From Glaucostegus cemiculus (taxonomy: Eukaryota), in assembly GCA_976551045.1 (NCBI GenBank), contig CDPCPM010000281.1:186001-250000 (forward strand): DNA of 64,000 nucleotides, written 5' to 3'. The notes below the pieces were generated by a model, which did no database searches, was not told the origin of the DNA, and saw only the letters and a list, made by a program, of their open reading frames with translations. Shown here in pieces: positions 14,770 to 29,278 of the stretch. A program made the position numbers and the translations under genes. The number at the start of each line of letters is the position of its first letter. Positions within the stretch are counted from its first letter, which is position 1.

Positions 14770-15510
14770 TAGATGGTGAAATGGCTTTGGGATTCCAGAG
14801 GTGAGTCACTTGCTGCAGCATACCTGGGCTCTGATGTTCTTGTAGCCCTGGTATTTATATGGCTGGTCCAGTTGAGATTCCTGTCAGAGGTGACCTCCCA
14901 GGTTGTTGATATTGAAGGACGTGGTTATGATGGTGCTGTTGATTGTCAAGCGTAACTAGTTAGACTCTCTATTGTTGGAGACGGTCTTTGCCTGGAATTT
15001 TGTGGCATTAGTGTTACTTGCCTTTTATCAGCCTGTACTTGACTGTTTGGTCTTGCTATGTGCAGACCTAGCTTCATTGATGAGGAGTTGCAAATGGAAT
15101 TTAACATTGTGCACACACTAGCAACCATCCCCATTTCTGACCTTCTGGTGAAAGGAAAACCATTAATGAAGCAGCTGAAGATGGCTGAGCTGAGGACACT
15201 GTTCTGAGGGATCCCTGCATTGATATCCTCTGGCTGGGATAATTGATCTCCATCAGCCACAGTCACCTTTCTTTGTGCAAGGTATGACTCCACTCAATGG
15301 AGTGTTTCATCCTTGATGATCATTGACTTCAAATTTACAGTTCCTTGATGCCACATTTGGTCAAATGTTCCCTTGATGCAAAGAGTGGTCAGTTTCACCT
15401 CTAAAATTCAACTTATTTGTCCATGTTTAGACTAAGACTGCAGTGAGGTCTGAAATTGTATGGTCCTGACAAAACCCAAACTGGGCGTCCATAAACATGG
15501 TATCAGTGAG
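14770..15510 (-). mobile_element. Decayed CR1-type LINE RT fragment
   Basis: ORF 14946..15293 ESYLAQRKVTV...AGIPQNSVLSSAIFSCFIN resembles the RT motif GVPQGSVLGP. A related + strand copy lies at ~17150-17700. Confidence 0.7.
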
Positions 15511-17149
15511 AGTGTTACTTACAAGCTGTCTTCAATAATGCTATCATTCTGCCGTCAGCATAAAAGAGTCAGCAAGGAATCAATAGGGAATTCAGAAGAA
15601 AGATTACTTATTTAATATTGATTGCAGATGATCAAAAATGTACCTTTGCTTGTTTATTTTTGCAAAACAGTGGAAGTTGTGTAATAGGATGCATCTCCTA
15701 TTGCTTTTTCTTGTGTTGACAGAATGCACTATGGTATGTCTGCCTTGTATATTGGCTGAAATCCACTGGCTGCATCTGTAGCTATCTGTAAGACTGATAT
15801 TACTTTTATCTGACCTCGGGTTGATGGAGGTTAATGTTAACAGTGTGCTAAGCCAATGAGGATATGTAGAAACTTAAAACTCCACCTCAGTTTTTCCTTA
15901 TATTACAGTTTCTCAGGATAGGCAATTCAGCTTGACCAACCTACACTGGAATTTATTTTTCACTGGACCTCCATGCTATCCTTCCTCATCTATTCTTTTT
16001 CCCTCCTCACCCCTCAGATGCTTAACCAGCATCCTTTATATGACACCTATACTATTTGCCTGAACCATTCCCTAGGGTCAAGTTCCACATTTGCGTTATA
16101 CTGCCTAAACCAACGACCACCCCCAACCCCCCCCCCCCCCCCCATGCACTCTCATGTGCTCACGCACACAGTGTCTGTTCTTCCTGATGCACAATATGAC
16201 CTCGTGTTTCAGTATCATCCTTGTAAGATTTTTAGGTACCCTTTATCTCTTGTTACTTATGACAGGAATTGTACGCAGTACTTCAAGAAGGTGTCACTCT
16301 AGAAATAAACCCAAGTGGTTGGTTTGTGCTTTTTTAATTCCCTTGTTAAGCTGATTTGTCTCTTTTTAACTTTGCTTGTGTACCTTATTTAGATTCTCGC
16401 AAGCAGTGTGACCTAAATTTTACAAACTCAAATGTTATACCTCATTTCTCAGTTAAGATTCATTTGCCACTTATTTGCCTTTTCTGCAATGTTATTTTGC
16501 CCAAAACCTTAAATCTGTGCCTCCTGTTCCTTCAGCCATCGGCTAATGGGACCAGCCTCCCTCTATTTACCCTATCTGAACACTTCATCTTGTACACCTC
16601 AACAAAACCAGGAGTCAATGTTGCTGATCAGCCTCAAATGTTCAAAGGCATTTTATAGAGGTGATGTCAAGAAGTCAGTTCGATGCCACAGTAATTATCC
16701 CCATCTGTAATGCATCATGGTCGTCACAAATCAAATTTCCACATCCGCCATGTTGACAACAAACAACCCAATCGTGTTTAGCATTTGGGTTTGGATAAGG
16801 CTAATCAACACCCAGCTTTCACTGTACAAGAGAATTTCCAACCCAGTTTATCTAGTTGTGTAGATTTCCACATTTGAAACTAGAAAATGAAATGCTTATG
16901 AAAGGCACAGCATATTCTATCTATTCTTCCTTTCTGAGATGAATTGCCCATGTTACTGCAGGTGTGATCTAAGTAGGACACTGGTTAGCTTTAACGTCTT
17001 TTGCTTTGTATCCCAGCCTTGTAAAATCTAACATTCCATTTTTAATATTTTCTGAACCTGTCCATGACATTTTAATTTTCTACATGCATGGACTCTCAAG
17101 TTTCTTTAGATCTCTTCTTGTTCTAACTTCTCAGAGAATGCTGCAAAAT

Positions 17150-17710
17150 TGATGGATATTAAGGAGCAAACACTCCATCAAATGGAGTTGCACTTAGTTG
17201 GGAGGTCAACCATCTAAGCCTCAGGATATTACTGCAGGAGTTCCTTGGGAAAACAACCTTCAGGTGTTTCATGAACAACTTTCCTTCATCATGAAGTCGC
17301 ATGGAAGTATTTGGTAAAGATTGGACAATGTTCATTTCTGTTTCCAGATTCTCATAAAGTGAAGCAGTCCATGCCTACATGCAGCAGTAGTGCCCTGATA
17401 TAATTCAGTAATGGGCTAATAAGTTGCAAGTAGATTTTGTGCCACACAAATGGCAGACATTGACCATCTCTAACAAGTGAGAGACAATAACTACTATTCA
17501 GTGTATCCCCTTCATGTCCCATGCAATCAATGTCCTGGGAAGTACTATTAATTTGAAACCCAACTGGACTAGTCATGTAACCATTGTGTCTAAAAAAAAA
17601 CCCCACTAGATGCTGGACACTATGCAGCAAATGTTTAAACTCCTGACACCAAAAACCTTTTCCACTATCTACTTGGCATGATGAGATACTTTCCACTTGC
17701 CTATATGACC
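17150..17710 (+). mobile_element. Decayed CR1-type LINE RT fragment
   Basis: cctcaggatattactgcaggagttccttggg...gtgtttcatgaacaactttccttc, same family as 14770-15510 in opposite orientation. Confidence 0.6.
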
Positions 17711-18639
17711 TTGTGATACTTATCTCAATTATTTTCCTAAATTATACTTTAATGTTACTTCCTCCTTGTTGTTCCTCCAGTTTTACCCCTCTTATGTACT
17801 CTGGTCTATTCCTGATCATTTAAGTCCTCTCCAGTTGAGGATTTTACTGGATTGATAGGAATTTTAGACATTTAAGAGCGTCATTCTCTTATTTGTTTTA
17901 GCTATCAATGCTGACCAGTTATTTTTTTTTAGGACAGCTGAAACTGACTATGATTTTGCTTTTTTTGCACTTCTGTTTAATTTGTTTATATATTACTTCC
18001 TCTATTTCTCTCTTTTTTTATCCAAACAGGTTCTTCCTGACTTTCTTGTGTCATATCCATCAATATTATTTTTTCCTTCAGAAATAGCTGTTCTGTCCTC
18101 TTTATCTCTTCTAAATATCATGTACGCTGCAGTGTTCATTTATAAGCCACGATTTTTCTGTGACCCTGCATCAATAATTCCCATTCTATCTGGTTCCTTG
18201 CAATGTATCATTGACTCCATTTCTGTTTTATGCAGGCTCTGTAATCATTAGTGCACAGATAATTTTAGAGCACTTCTTCTTGCTTTTTGCACTTCTGCCC
18301 CATAACACTCTTCATTTCCTGGTAATTTATACTATTCTCCACTTTGGGCTGTCCTGTGCTGCTCTTCCTGCTTGTATTTGGATGTTTCATTTTAAGTTGT
18401 TCACTTAATAACTTCCTTCACCTATGCTCAGCTTCATTACTTTGTCAACTTGCCTTCATCTTCCAGCATAATCTTTTAGAATGGCCACCAGCCTTTTCCA
18501 TTCGTCTCCAGTTGTGGAATGCATTGTTGCTTCACAATGATAAATCAGTCTCCCCCACTTTACCTTGTTTGAAGCACTAATCTGACTGCTACCTGGACAC
18601 ACAATCCGTGCTCTGCTAGAGACCTAAATTACATCCTGA

Positions 18640-19970
18640 TCACAACTATTTGTCCATCCTCATCCTTAAATTTATTTTTATTTGATGCCATTTATCTCTT
18701 CTGATATATTTTGTCAGCAGTTCATCCCGCTTTTTGTGTTTCTTTTAAAGACATTAAACATTATCCAACAACTGTGCCTCTCTTGTCCATCCAGTTACCA
18801 CTCTCAAGCTGCAGGTCTATTCGGTCCCATCCTCATTCTCTCTCTTTCTCTTTCCTGTCCATCCACTTCATTCTCTTTCCCAACCATCTGCCAGACCCCA
18901 ACTGTACCCCTCCCTCCCTTCTTCCCTACTAAAGCCAATATATCGCAGTGTACTCAGTATATAGCCACTCACTCAAAAGCACATATTTTAATCTGAGCTC
19001 TCCTGACCCTCTGCCTTTCACAGTCAGCTTCAAAATCTTGGTCCCTACATTCAAAATTCTTTGGTAACCATCTATATCCTTCCTTGCATCTTTCATTGCT
19101 CTGGGCAGTGGCCTGTTCCCTGATCCAATTCTGATATAGACCACCAATTGTTGCTTTTTCTTCCAAGTGGCATTCTTTGCTTTTGAACTTGTATACCTTA
19201 TCTCTTGTGACACATTTTTTTCAAAATAATTCAAGAAGCAATTCCTTCCTTCCTTGCCCCATCCTCTAATTCCAACACCTCTTTTCTCATAACCAGGATC
19301 AGCCTCTTACGTTGCTCTGATTTATCGTTATTTTATGTGAGGAATGCTGTATAATTACAAGTTATTCTTGTCTCCAGTCGTGGGTGAATTATATAGCCTA
19401 TATCTGTGCTATGCATCTATTGGGCAATTAGTCATTTCTGATATTCACGCTCCAAGTGAGAATCCTTGCAACCATCCATTGGAGCCTATCAGCATAATCT
19501 CTTCCTTTCTCCTATATCTTTATCCACCTTCTCTTTGCATGTATTGGTGTTATTTGTCTCAGCTTCTCTTGTAGCAAGTTCCACACTCTAACCTCTGAAT
19601 GGCTGAAGAAGTTTATATTGAGCAGGATTTATTAGTTACTATGTTATATTTAATATTTGAGTTCTTCCATCATGTCCTACCTTATTTCTATAGATCCCTG
19701 CAACCTTCTCACACTCTTTGGTGATTCTAGGTTTTATGGCTCCTTGGCCCTTTCCAAGCCTATTCCAGAATTCCCTTATTAGGCCTCCATCTTTTTATTT
19801 CTCTATATCTTTAAGAGCCTTCATGAAGACTATCTTTTCGGCCAAGTGTTTATTCGCATCTTCAAACCTCTGCACTTTGGTTTGTTTCCGGTTCTTTTAT
19901 TTTCTCTATTTTTTTCCCCCCATGTAATTTGCTTTGATATGTTCAGTATATAAAGAATGCTGTTTGCACA
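18640..19970 (+). mobile_element. Highly decayed L2-like LINE remnants
   Basis: Pyrimidine-rich tract with L2-like 3' motifs (ttcaaaatcttggtccctacattcaaaattc; ccaccaattg; gactatcttttcggccaag). Confidence 0.4.
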
Positions 19971-20294
19971 GTGTAGCCTCTTCACTCAGTAAGGCATGAA
20001 TGGATGGGCTGCAAACCGCTGCTGTCTTGCTAATTGCTTTTGAGGCACCATATATGAACGGAGACTTCCTCACTAATCTTCCCTCATCTCACTGATAGTG
20101 CTCCATCTTGTGGCTGCTTGGAAAACTAGTTTAGGTTGCCACCTTACTTCCACCATTACATCTATTGGGTCATCTTTACGTCTTTTTATTCAGTTCACTG
20201 TCAGCTTAATAAATAAAAAATTGCCATGAAGTTTAGTATATATATTTTTTTATAAGACACTTAATTGAATCCTAGTTTATTTGTGATCATATTT

Positions 20295-20404
20295 GGTATT
20301 GGTTTATTATTGTCACTTGTACCAAGGTATGGTGAAAAACTTGTCTTGCATACCGTTCATACAGATCAATTCATTACATTCATACCCAGTGCATTGAGGT
20401 AGTA
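20295..20404 (-). mobile_element. Short 3' tail of a Rex1-like LINE with a 7-bp TSD
   Basis: ggtattggtttattattgtcac... (AATAAA plus short-repeat tail on minus), flanked by CATATTT at 20288-20294 and 20405-20411. Confidence 0.7.
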
Positions 20405-21461
20405 CATATTTATCCAGGTTATTAATCTAGATTTTTAAAATTTAAAACACATTACAACACTTACAGAAGGACAAAGTGAACGTTAGCTGTTACTAAGGAA
20501 CAAAAATCTAATTTTCACTGTGATCGGCTTTGGCGCGGCACTGTTGAATGATGCTTTTCATCAAAGGTGAATTTACTGGCATTTCCCATCTCTGAAGTTG
20601 TTAGTTTTTTGTAAATTAACCATTGTTTATGCTGAAAATATCATTGGTCTTTAAAAATTGAAGTCAAACTATGATTAATGCTGATAATGTTGGCATCCTT
20701 CAAAGTTGATAAATATTTGGATCACTGATTACAGTGATAATAGTGATTAATATTGAATTAACAATGGTAGTGAGTCAAATGAAATCATGTGACTGGGTTT
20801 TTAATATTTCCCATTAGCAAATGAGAGAATGAGCTTTCTAGTTTATTAAAAGCTAAGGAATGCAACAAAAGAATCAGCAGAGATTCTCAGCAGAATGGCC
20901 TCCTATGTCTAAGGAGAATACAGACTTTTATTTTCTTGATCTTTTTGATTTGTTCTTATCCCCAGAAAGGCTAAAGTTATAGAGCAATTGGGCTTATTGC
21001 TCTCTCTTAAAGAATGCAGCAGAAATAAGGCTAAAAGTTTACCATCACTGGTCTTGACACATCACATCAGCCTCAGTTGCTGGTACAAGTGGTAGATACT
21101 GTATATTTTAATTATCTATTTGTTCTATCAAAGTAACCCTTTTGAAAATAATCTCATACACTATCTTAAGGAAAATTGTATGAGTCCCCTTACTCACTTT
21201 TGAGTATTGGATCTGCTGGCATATCAGTCCATTATGTATCCCACATTTGCAGATCCTTTCCATGAGCACTTCTGTATATGGAAAAGCTAGTTCTGTACTG
21301 CTTGGCCTCAGCAAGGATAAGCATTAAGAAACAAGGATGTACCTGCATGTTTTAAGTTGTCCCTTCAAGTTTGGAGGGGTCTTCTTGGGAAAAACATCCG
21401 GTTCAAAACCAACTTTTGTATTTGGTGTTTTGACCCCCATTTTTCACATTCTACTTGTCAG

Positions 21462-21596
21462 GATCATGATCACTATGGCGAAGAGGTTGAGCATAGACCA
21501 AGGTGCTCAGAACCACAGTCACCACCCCCGGTTTCACGGCATAAATCACATTACCGGAATCGAGAGCACTTTGCCACAATTCGTACAGCTTCCTTG
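21462..21596 (+). CDS. TAOK1: TAOK1 exon [45 protein letters not shown]
   Basis: tgtcag|GAT...TTG|gtgagt; 135 nt. Confidence 0.96.
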
Positions 21597-23309
21597 GTGA
21601 GTACTTTGGTTGAAAGCTAGCCATGGCATTATAAAGATTCTCCTGCGAAAAGCATGTTTTTACTAATCTAATTAAATCTTGACTAACACGGTAAATTGGG
21701 GAGGAAGCGGGTACAGTGTGATGGGTTTCGTATTCATTCCTGTTTTCTGCATGTACTTCCAGGAAGCAATTAATAACTTTTCATGTAGGTTATATGCCAG
21801 TGAGAATGCACAAAATTGGAGTAGCCTGAAGATGTGATTGAGAGGCAGAGGTGAAGCCTAGGGATAGAAGGAATGTGCTTTGTACTTTGTTCTTCCCTTA
21901 ATTTATTGCTTGTTTTGGAAGTTCCTTCCTGGGCAGATTTGAAAGGCTTAGATCTCTGGTAAATTACCATGTATTACTCTGGCTGATTAATGGAAGCAAA
22001 ATGCAAATATCTTAAAACCTCACTCCACAGCACCACCTACTGACCAGCACAAAAGGAATTTGACAGGATTTCTGTTCTGTTCAAAACTGGAAGTTTTAAT
22101 ACAACATATTGACACAAAATGGACAAAATTGACACATGGTTAAATAGGCAATCTGTATACTACAAGGTTTTGTTGAAGTATTAAACATCTATGGATGATG
22201 CTGCATATAAGTTCTCAAAGAACATACCTTGAGGTAAAGCAGGTTTTGTAGGTGAGGTGCAACATTATCAGGGCTTTCAAATGGATTGGACTCATTTAAA
22301 GTCTTGTATTCTGTACTATATATATAACATAACTATGATCCATATGTTCCACTAAGTTCCGGTGCATGCAGTAATTTGGAGAGTATGACCACTCTCTTGG
22401 CTACCTTTGACTTGATGGTGTTCCTCTCTCTCCACTCTTCTACCCCTTAACAAATTCTGCCTCTGTTAACTCTCTTCTTTTTTCCTTTATTTTTTTGTTA
22501 GGTGGTGTGATAAGGAATTATTATACCTAGGATATTCCCAAATCCTTAGTGGTCCAATTTCTGATACACAGGTGTGCACAGACACACACAGAGGCAAATT
22601 TGCATACAGACACAAGCAGGCAAGTTGCATCCCTCCACAGCAGTTACTTTCTATCCCCAAGAGCAGGATAAGAGGTCTGGGGTGACTTCATCCATTTTCC
22701 ATTCTCCGTATCCACTTGGTTTTTCTAACCTTCCACTAAAACAGAATTGGGCTTCAAAATGCAACTCACATTTCTTGCATTTCTTTGAATTTATTTTACT
22801 ATTGGAGAATTTTAAATTACCTACCATATTTATTTTAATAGAATGCAACAGAGGTGCATTAACATGAATGTAGAAATCTCCTAGTTTAAACTAGGAACTT
22901 ATAGTAAATTAGGTGCTTATGCTATACTTTTAGCCAAGTATCCTTTGAATGTATTGTCCAGTGTGTATGGATTTCGATGAAGAAGGGATTCAGTTTATAT
23001 TCATTTTAAAAATGTATTGGTTTTGCATTGATTTACAGTTCAGTTCCCCTAACCTTGAAGTTTTAAATTGTGGTAAATGAGTTAACTGGATAACCAACTG
23101 GAACCGATTAATTGAAGCCCAGTGACAAAGTTAAACTTATAAAATGGTGGTGCCAATAAAAATTCAGCATTCTGTGAGTGAATTGTCTACAGAATGTGGA
23201 CTTTGAAATAGGTGCAGTGAGACAGATTGATTAAGTTACATATTCTAAGAGGGGTAAGGCCAGGTCAGTAATATGTTATAGCTTGGAGTATATGGAACAT
23301 GATGAAAAT

Positions 23310-25775
23310 GTGGAAATGAAGAGAGATGCATTGGTAATAGGAGATAGTATAGTTAGAAGGATTGATGCTATGCTGTGTATCCATGAATGTAAGTCATGAA
23401 GATTATTGCCTGCCTGGTTCCAGGGTTAAGGGCATCTCCTCAGGCCTGGAAAGGAACTTGGAGTGAGAGGAAAGGTTGTTTCCATATAGACCATGGCAAC
23501 TGATAGGAAGTAGATAGGATAAAGAAGGAACTTCTGTTGAGCAGGTAGAGTTCAAGTGAAAAACAGAAATGCATATTACTATCCAAACCATGTTCAAATT
23601 TGCATAGGGTAAGTAAGATCAAATCATTGAACTTATTGAAAGAGTGTCTAAAAGATTAGTACCAGATAAATAAGTTTCAAATCACGAGCACAGATACTAG
23701 TACTGGGGAAAGAGGGAGCTGTTCTTTTGTGATGGATGTCACATGAATCTAGCTGGGACCAATGTCTCTGCAAGTTGAATAACTGTAGAAAAGGCATTAA
23801 ACTAAATAGTGGGGGGGAGGGGGAAGAAATGTTGGGGTGAATTTAGAATGTTAAGGAGAAAGGATAAAAAGATAGTGCAGAGAAGTAAAACAGGTATAGG
23901 TAACCAGAGTCTATCAGGGAGAGGCAGTCTATGCAAGTGTAAGAGCACACTTGTATTTAGAGTTAAGATGATAATGTCAATACAAAAAAAATTGAAGGCT
24001 TTTTATCTGAATGTATGTACCATTCCCACGTTAGGCAAATCAGTAACATAGTTGGAAATACGTACAACAAAATTACCATTCCAGAGAGATAGTCACAAAG
24101 CAAGTAGAGTCAGGAAGAGTACTCTTCTGTTAGAATAGAGGGGGAAAATGGAAAAAGGTGGGGTAGCCTTGATTTTAAAGAATTGGATAAAGGCATAGAA
24201 AAGAATCTTAACTCAGAAAATAAATCAGTAGAATCAGTTAGGCTGGAGCTGAGAAACGTCAAATATTTTAGGCCTGTCTTCATAGATAAAGACCCGGAAA
24301 ACCATTCTGGGTCTTGAGTAAATGAGGGACTGAAAGGAATTGGCATTAGCTGCTTTTAAAAATAAACTAATTTTGGAGAATTTAATGGGATTGAAGATGA
24401 TAAATCACCTGGACCTGATGACCTGTGTCACGAGGTTTTGACAAAGATCATGGTGAAAGTGGATACATTGCTTGTCATCTTCCAAAATTCCATTGGTTCA
24501 CCAATGGCTCCCACACATTGCAAATGGCAAATGTAACCCCATTATTTAAGAAAGCAGAGGAAAAATAAATTAGGAATGAAAGCCTATTGATGTAGCACAG
24601 ATTGAAAGGACATTTCTGAAGTTTATTATTAAGGAAGTGGTAATGGATTTGGAAAGTAATCGTAGGATTAAAGAGAGTCATGAATTTATGAAAAGGAAAT
24701 TGACAAATCTGTTGGAAACTTTCAAGATGGTTGCATTTGGTGGAATAGCTGAGGGTGCATTTGATCTTTAATAAGGCCTTTGTTCAAGTGCCACACATGA
24801 GATCATTAAAATTAGAGAGCACACTTTTGGGCTAATGTACTTGCTTGGAGTGAGGATTGGTTAATGTGCAGAAAACCGCAGGAATAAATGGGTCACTTTC
24901 AAGTTACATGACTGTGACCGGTACTGGGCTGCAGCTCTTCATGATCAATTTCATTAATTTGGGTGTATTATTGAATTCGCCCAAATTATTGTGCAATATA
25001 TCCATGTTTGAAGATGTTAAGATGGGTGGTAGTGTGGACTACGAAGAAGATGCAGAGTGGATTTGCAGGATACAGCCGTGCTAAGTGAATGAGCAAGGTT
25101 ATGGCAGGTAGACTATAATATGGAAAGATGCAAGGTCATCCACTTTGGTAGAAAATCTAGAAAAATGGGTTTTTACGTGGTTGCAGACTTAAAAGACCAG
25201 AGGTACTAGAGTATCCTTGTATATGAATTACTGAAAGTTAATATGAATGTTCAGCAATTACAAAGTCAAATGAGATGCTTGCCTTTATTGCAGGAGATTT
25301 GAATACAAGTGTAGAGAAATTTTGTTTAATTATATAGAGCCTGTATCTGAAATGTGTGCGGGTCTGGTCTCCCTGCCCAAGGAGTGATGCACTTGCTTTA
25401 GAGGGGAAGCTGCCAAGGGTAACAAAACTGGTTTGTGGAATATCTGGTCTGTCCTATGAGGAGAGATTAGGCAGGTAATGCCTGTATTCTCAAATTGAGA
25501 AGAGCAAGAGGTAATCTCATTGAAACATACAAAATTCTTATGGGATTTGGCAGAGTGGATGTGGAGTTGATATTTACCAAATTTTCAGAATTCACTAGCC
25601 AGGAGAGCTATGAAAGTCAGAGATGGATTGATATTTGGGTATTAATGGTGTTAGTGCAGGAAAGTGGCACACTGATAAAGAACAGTTGTGATCTTATTGA
25701 ATGGAGGAGTAAGTATGTGGGTCTGAATGCTCTACCATTGCTTCCATTTTTCATGTTCTTATGTACTCTCTAAAC
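23310..25775 (+). mobile_element. Decayed, internally deleted CR1 LINE retaining ORF1 esterase, ORF2 RT remnants and the 3' tail
   Basis: VIGDSIVR from 23334 and CLPGSRVKGIS (CR1 ORF1 SGNH esterase motifs); DKSPGPD at ~24400; RRARGNLIETYKIL at ~25500; CR1 3' tail at ~25690-25770. Confidence 0.85.
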
Positions 25776-25919
25776 CTGCAGCTTAATAACTGTACCTTAA
25801 ATTTGTGTAAAATCAATAAATACTGGTTACTGCCATGGAAAATCTTGTTGATGGACAGTAGAATCAACCCAATTTTCAGAGGATAATCTAAGCACTTCAT
25901 AGTGGTTCACAGGTTTTAA

Positions 25920-26216
<297 letters not shown>

Positions 26217-26269
26217 TGACTTGAGGTGTTTTTGCCAAATTAATTACAGAATAGATTAACTTTTTATTA

Positions 26270-26582
26270 ATTCATGGGATAGGAGGTTTGCTTTTAGGCC
26301 AGCATTCAATTGCCTTGAACTGACTGGCTTGCTAGACCATTTCAGAGGGGATTTAAGAATCATTTATAGTGCAATGAGTATAGAGTCACACAAATATGAA
26401 CAGTTTGTTTCAGTAAAAGATGTAGATGAGTTTCTGCAGCATTCTGGTGGTTTTCCAGATGTTATTGCTGACAATAACATTTAAATTCTACTGCTAGAAA
26501 GTTGTGATTGGAATCAGAGTCTCCAGATAATTAGTGCAGATCTCTGCTTTGCTAATCCAGTGACACAGTCACTTTGCTACCA
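26270..26582 (-). mobile_element. tRNA-derived SINE sharing its 3' tail with the CR1-type LINE
   Basis: Reverse-orientation relative of 28545-29010 (ttgccttgaactgactggcttgctagaccatttcagagg...ctaatccagtgacacagtcactttgctacca). Confidence 0.6.
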
Positions 26583-27199
26583 AACCCAATGTGACTAGTT
26601 TGTGATCAGGAGCAAAATTATTAATAGTCTAATGATTACTTGGACTATAGGTACATACATTCAGTAACTTCACAATATCACTTCATCTTTCTTAATTAAA
26701 TAACTAATATGTAGTATTGAGCGGAGGTTGGGGAAAAATAATATTCCAGATATACCCTAGCAGTGATTTTTGTTTTAGGGCTAATCATAACTTTGGTGCG
26801 AGTGTGGCAAAAGCACCACTTACAACAGTCTCAATTCCTAGTGAAGTTAATGGTGGCTGTGGTTACCAGCGGTGATGAGGTGATCAGCTATATTTAAAAT
26901 AAAATGGCAAAACAAATTCACATGGCTGTGAAAAATTTGGTTTGATTCTTCATTTGCTAGAGAGTGATGGAGCAAATGTTAAGGGACTTGAGTTTGTGAC
27001 ATCTTAAGTCTTTTACTTAAATGGAGGTAATTTCTGCTCTTGCTGCACTTAATGTCGGACTAGTCAACCAACAGTCTTGAAACAGTTTTAAAAAACAGTG
27101 TAATCAAGCAAATAAAAACTGTTAGACAAAACATAAGGAATAGTATTCGAAGGCTTAGTGAAATAGGTGGATAATAAAAGACATCTAAAGCAGAGGTTT

Positions 27200-27505
27200 G
27201 GGGAAAATAGCTTGAAAATGGCTGAGTGAAGAAGAGAACCAAGTATAAATGTCTGCTGAACGGAGTTTTCAAATAGCTTAGTGATTATGGAAATAGAATG
27301 ATGGGAAAGGCTATAAGGGATTGAACATCTGAAAGTGGGAGGCATTGTAAATTAGTGAATACAGAGGAGATGACTGAATGGGAGTGGATTTGGTGAAGTA
27401 AGATGCAATGTAGTTTGAAATGATTTGGTATTTAAGGAGGGGAGAGAATATAAAGGTAAAAGAAAGCATTGGAAGAATTCAGTCTGGAGATGACAAAAGA
27501 AAGCA
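27200..27505 (-). mobile_element. Decayed L2-like fragment
   Basis: Purine-rich antisense L2-like motifs (gcattggaagaattcagtctggagatgacaaa). Confidence 0.4.
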
Positions 27506-28544
27506 ATTACATATTTTCTGATTTATGTTTTAAACTTTTATGATTGTAGCTTTGCATGCCTCAATCATTTATAATTTTCAGGCTAATTTTATCTGACCAC
27601 TGTTCATATTTTTCTTAATCTCTTCTTAGTGTTGTCTTGTAATAGTCTACCTAATTTATGTACCCTTTCATGACCTGAGGGTAGAGGTTAGGGTGATGAA
27701 CAGCTGAGATAATAGACTCAAAGCCAGTTTTGTTGCATTGCCAGCAGGTGATGCACAGTATACATGGAATGGAATGCTGGTTTTCTGCATGCTAGACTGA
27801 TTCTTGCAATTTTAAGCCATCTAAACTTGCTGTCTGCATATTTGACCGTTTTGTGTCATCAGTAACAGTGTTGGGGGCCTATTTTAACTGCTACATCACC
27901 AAAAATTCATTTTAGCATGGTAACTGGAATTTCAACACTTTTTGGAGATGCTGGGTATATCATTCAGTGTGCCAAGTGACACAACAGAATCGTTGGCTTC
28001 CATTATATTGGGCCAGTTTGAACTGGATGTGATTCTGAAGGCAACACCAGTATCCAACCACTTGGTCTTGAGTGACCCCAAGACAAGCTTAGGATCTGAA
28101 TGATGAATGTTGGTTGCTGCTCCATTTTATACTGGACATAGTTTGGCCCATTATTGCATTGTCTACAAAAGAAAGTAAAGCTGAAATTATGGTCTTGTAT
28201 TGCCTAATAATTTTTGCAGCTAATTGACAAGGAACTGGTCTTCATAATTCGGGAAAAGCAGATTTGAGTTTGATTAGTGAGTTTTACTGAAGTAATCAAT
28301 AATTTGCGAGTGTGCTGTAAGCAGTGATGATATCTGGGAAATATGGAGCAAAGGTGGAAGTTGGTTATGGAAAGCAGGAGAGTAGTTAGTTTACAATAAT
28401 TGTCATATAGCATTCTTCTTAATTATGCCTTAAGTTTTTATTTCCAAGTTGCTGTTTAAATACCGCGCATGCATCCAGCTTAATAACACAGGGTTCTAAA
28501 ACTTCATCCTAGAAGGTGGGTGTTATTCCAGTTTTCTTTAACTT

Positions 28545-29010
28545 TACCACCATGTATTATTGCTACTGGACAAGTAGTCTACAGGCCTTAATAATCCAGA
28601 GATGCTTGTTAAAATTCCACCAGGGCAGCGTTGGAATTTTAAGTTAAACATTGAAGTAACAAGTTAGTATCGTTAGTGATCATGAAACTCTTAGATTATG
28701 GTAATAATCCATCTGGTTCACTCTTGTCCTTCACGGAAGGAAATTCCCAACCTTACAAGGGTTTACTTGCGACTCCAAACCCACAGCAATGTATCAGATT
28801 GTGAACTTTGCATTGAATTGTATCAAACTACTTTGATACAGTTACTTTGACATTTTTTGCTTCATCACTGAGTTTAAAAAACGTATTCTGCACTGCTTTG
28901 CTGGTGCATTTTTGCGCAGGTTGGAGTGGTTCAAGATGACTCTGCTGCCACCATTTCAAGGGTATTTGTGGATAGGCAATAAATGCAGTGATCCCAATTT
29001 CTTATAATTA
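28545..29010 (+). mobile_element. tRNA-derived shark SINE
   Basis: ccatctggttcactcttgtccttcacggaaggaaatt...gactccaaacccacagcaatgt...tcaagggtatttgtggataggcaataaatgc. Confidence 0.6.
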
Positions 29011-29053
29011 ATTTTAACAAGTTTGTTAATCTCAAATATATATTTTTTGTTAG

Positions 29054-29278
<225 letters not shown>

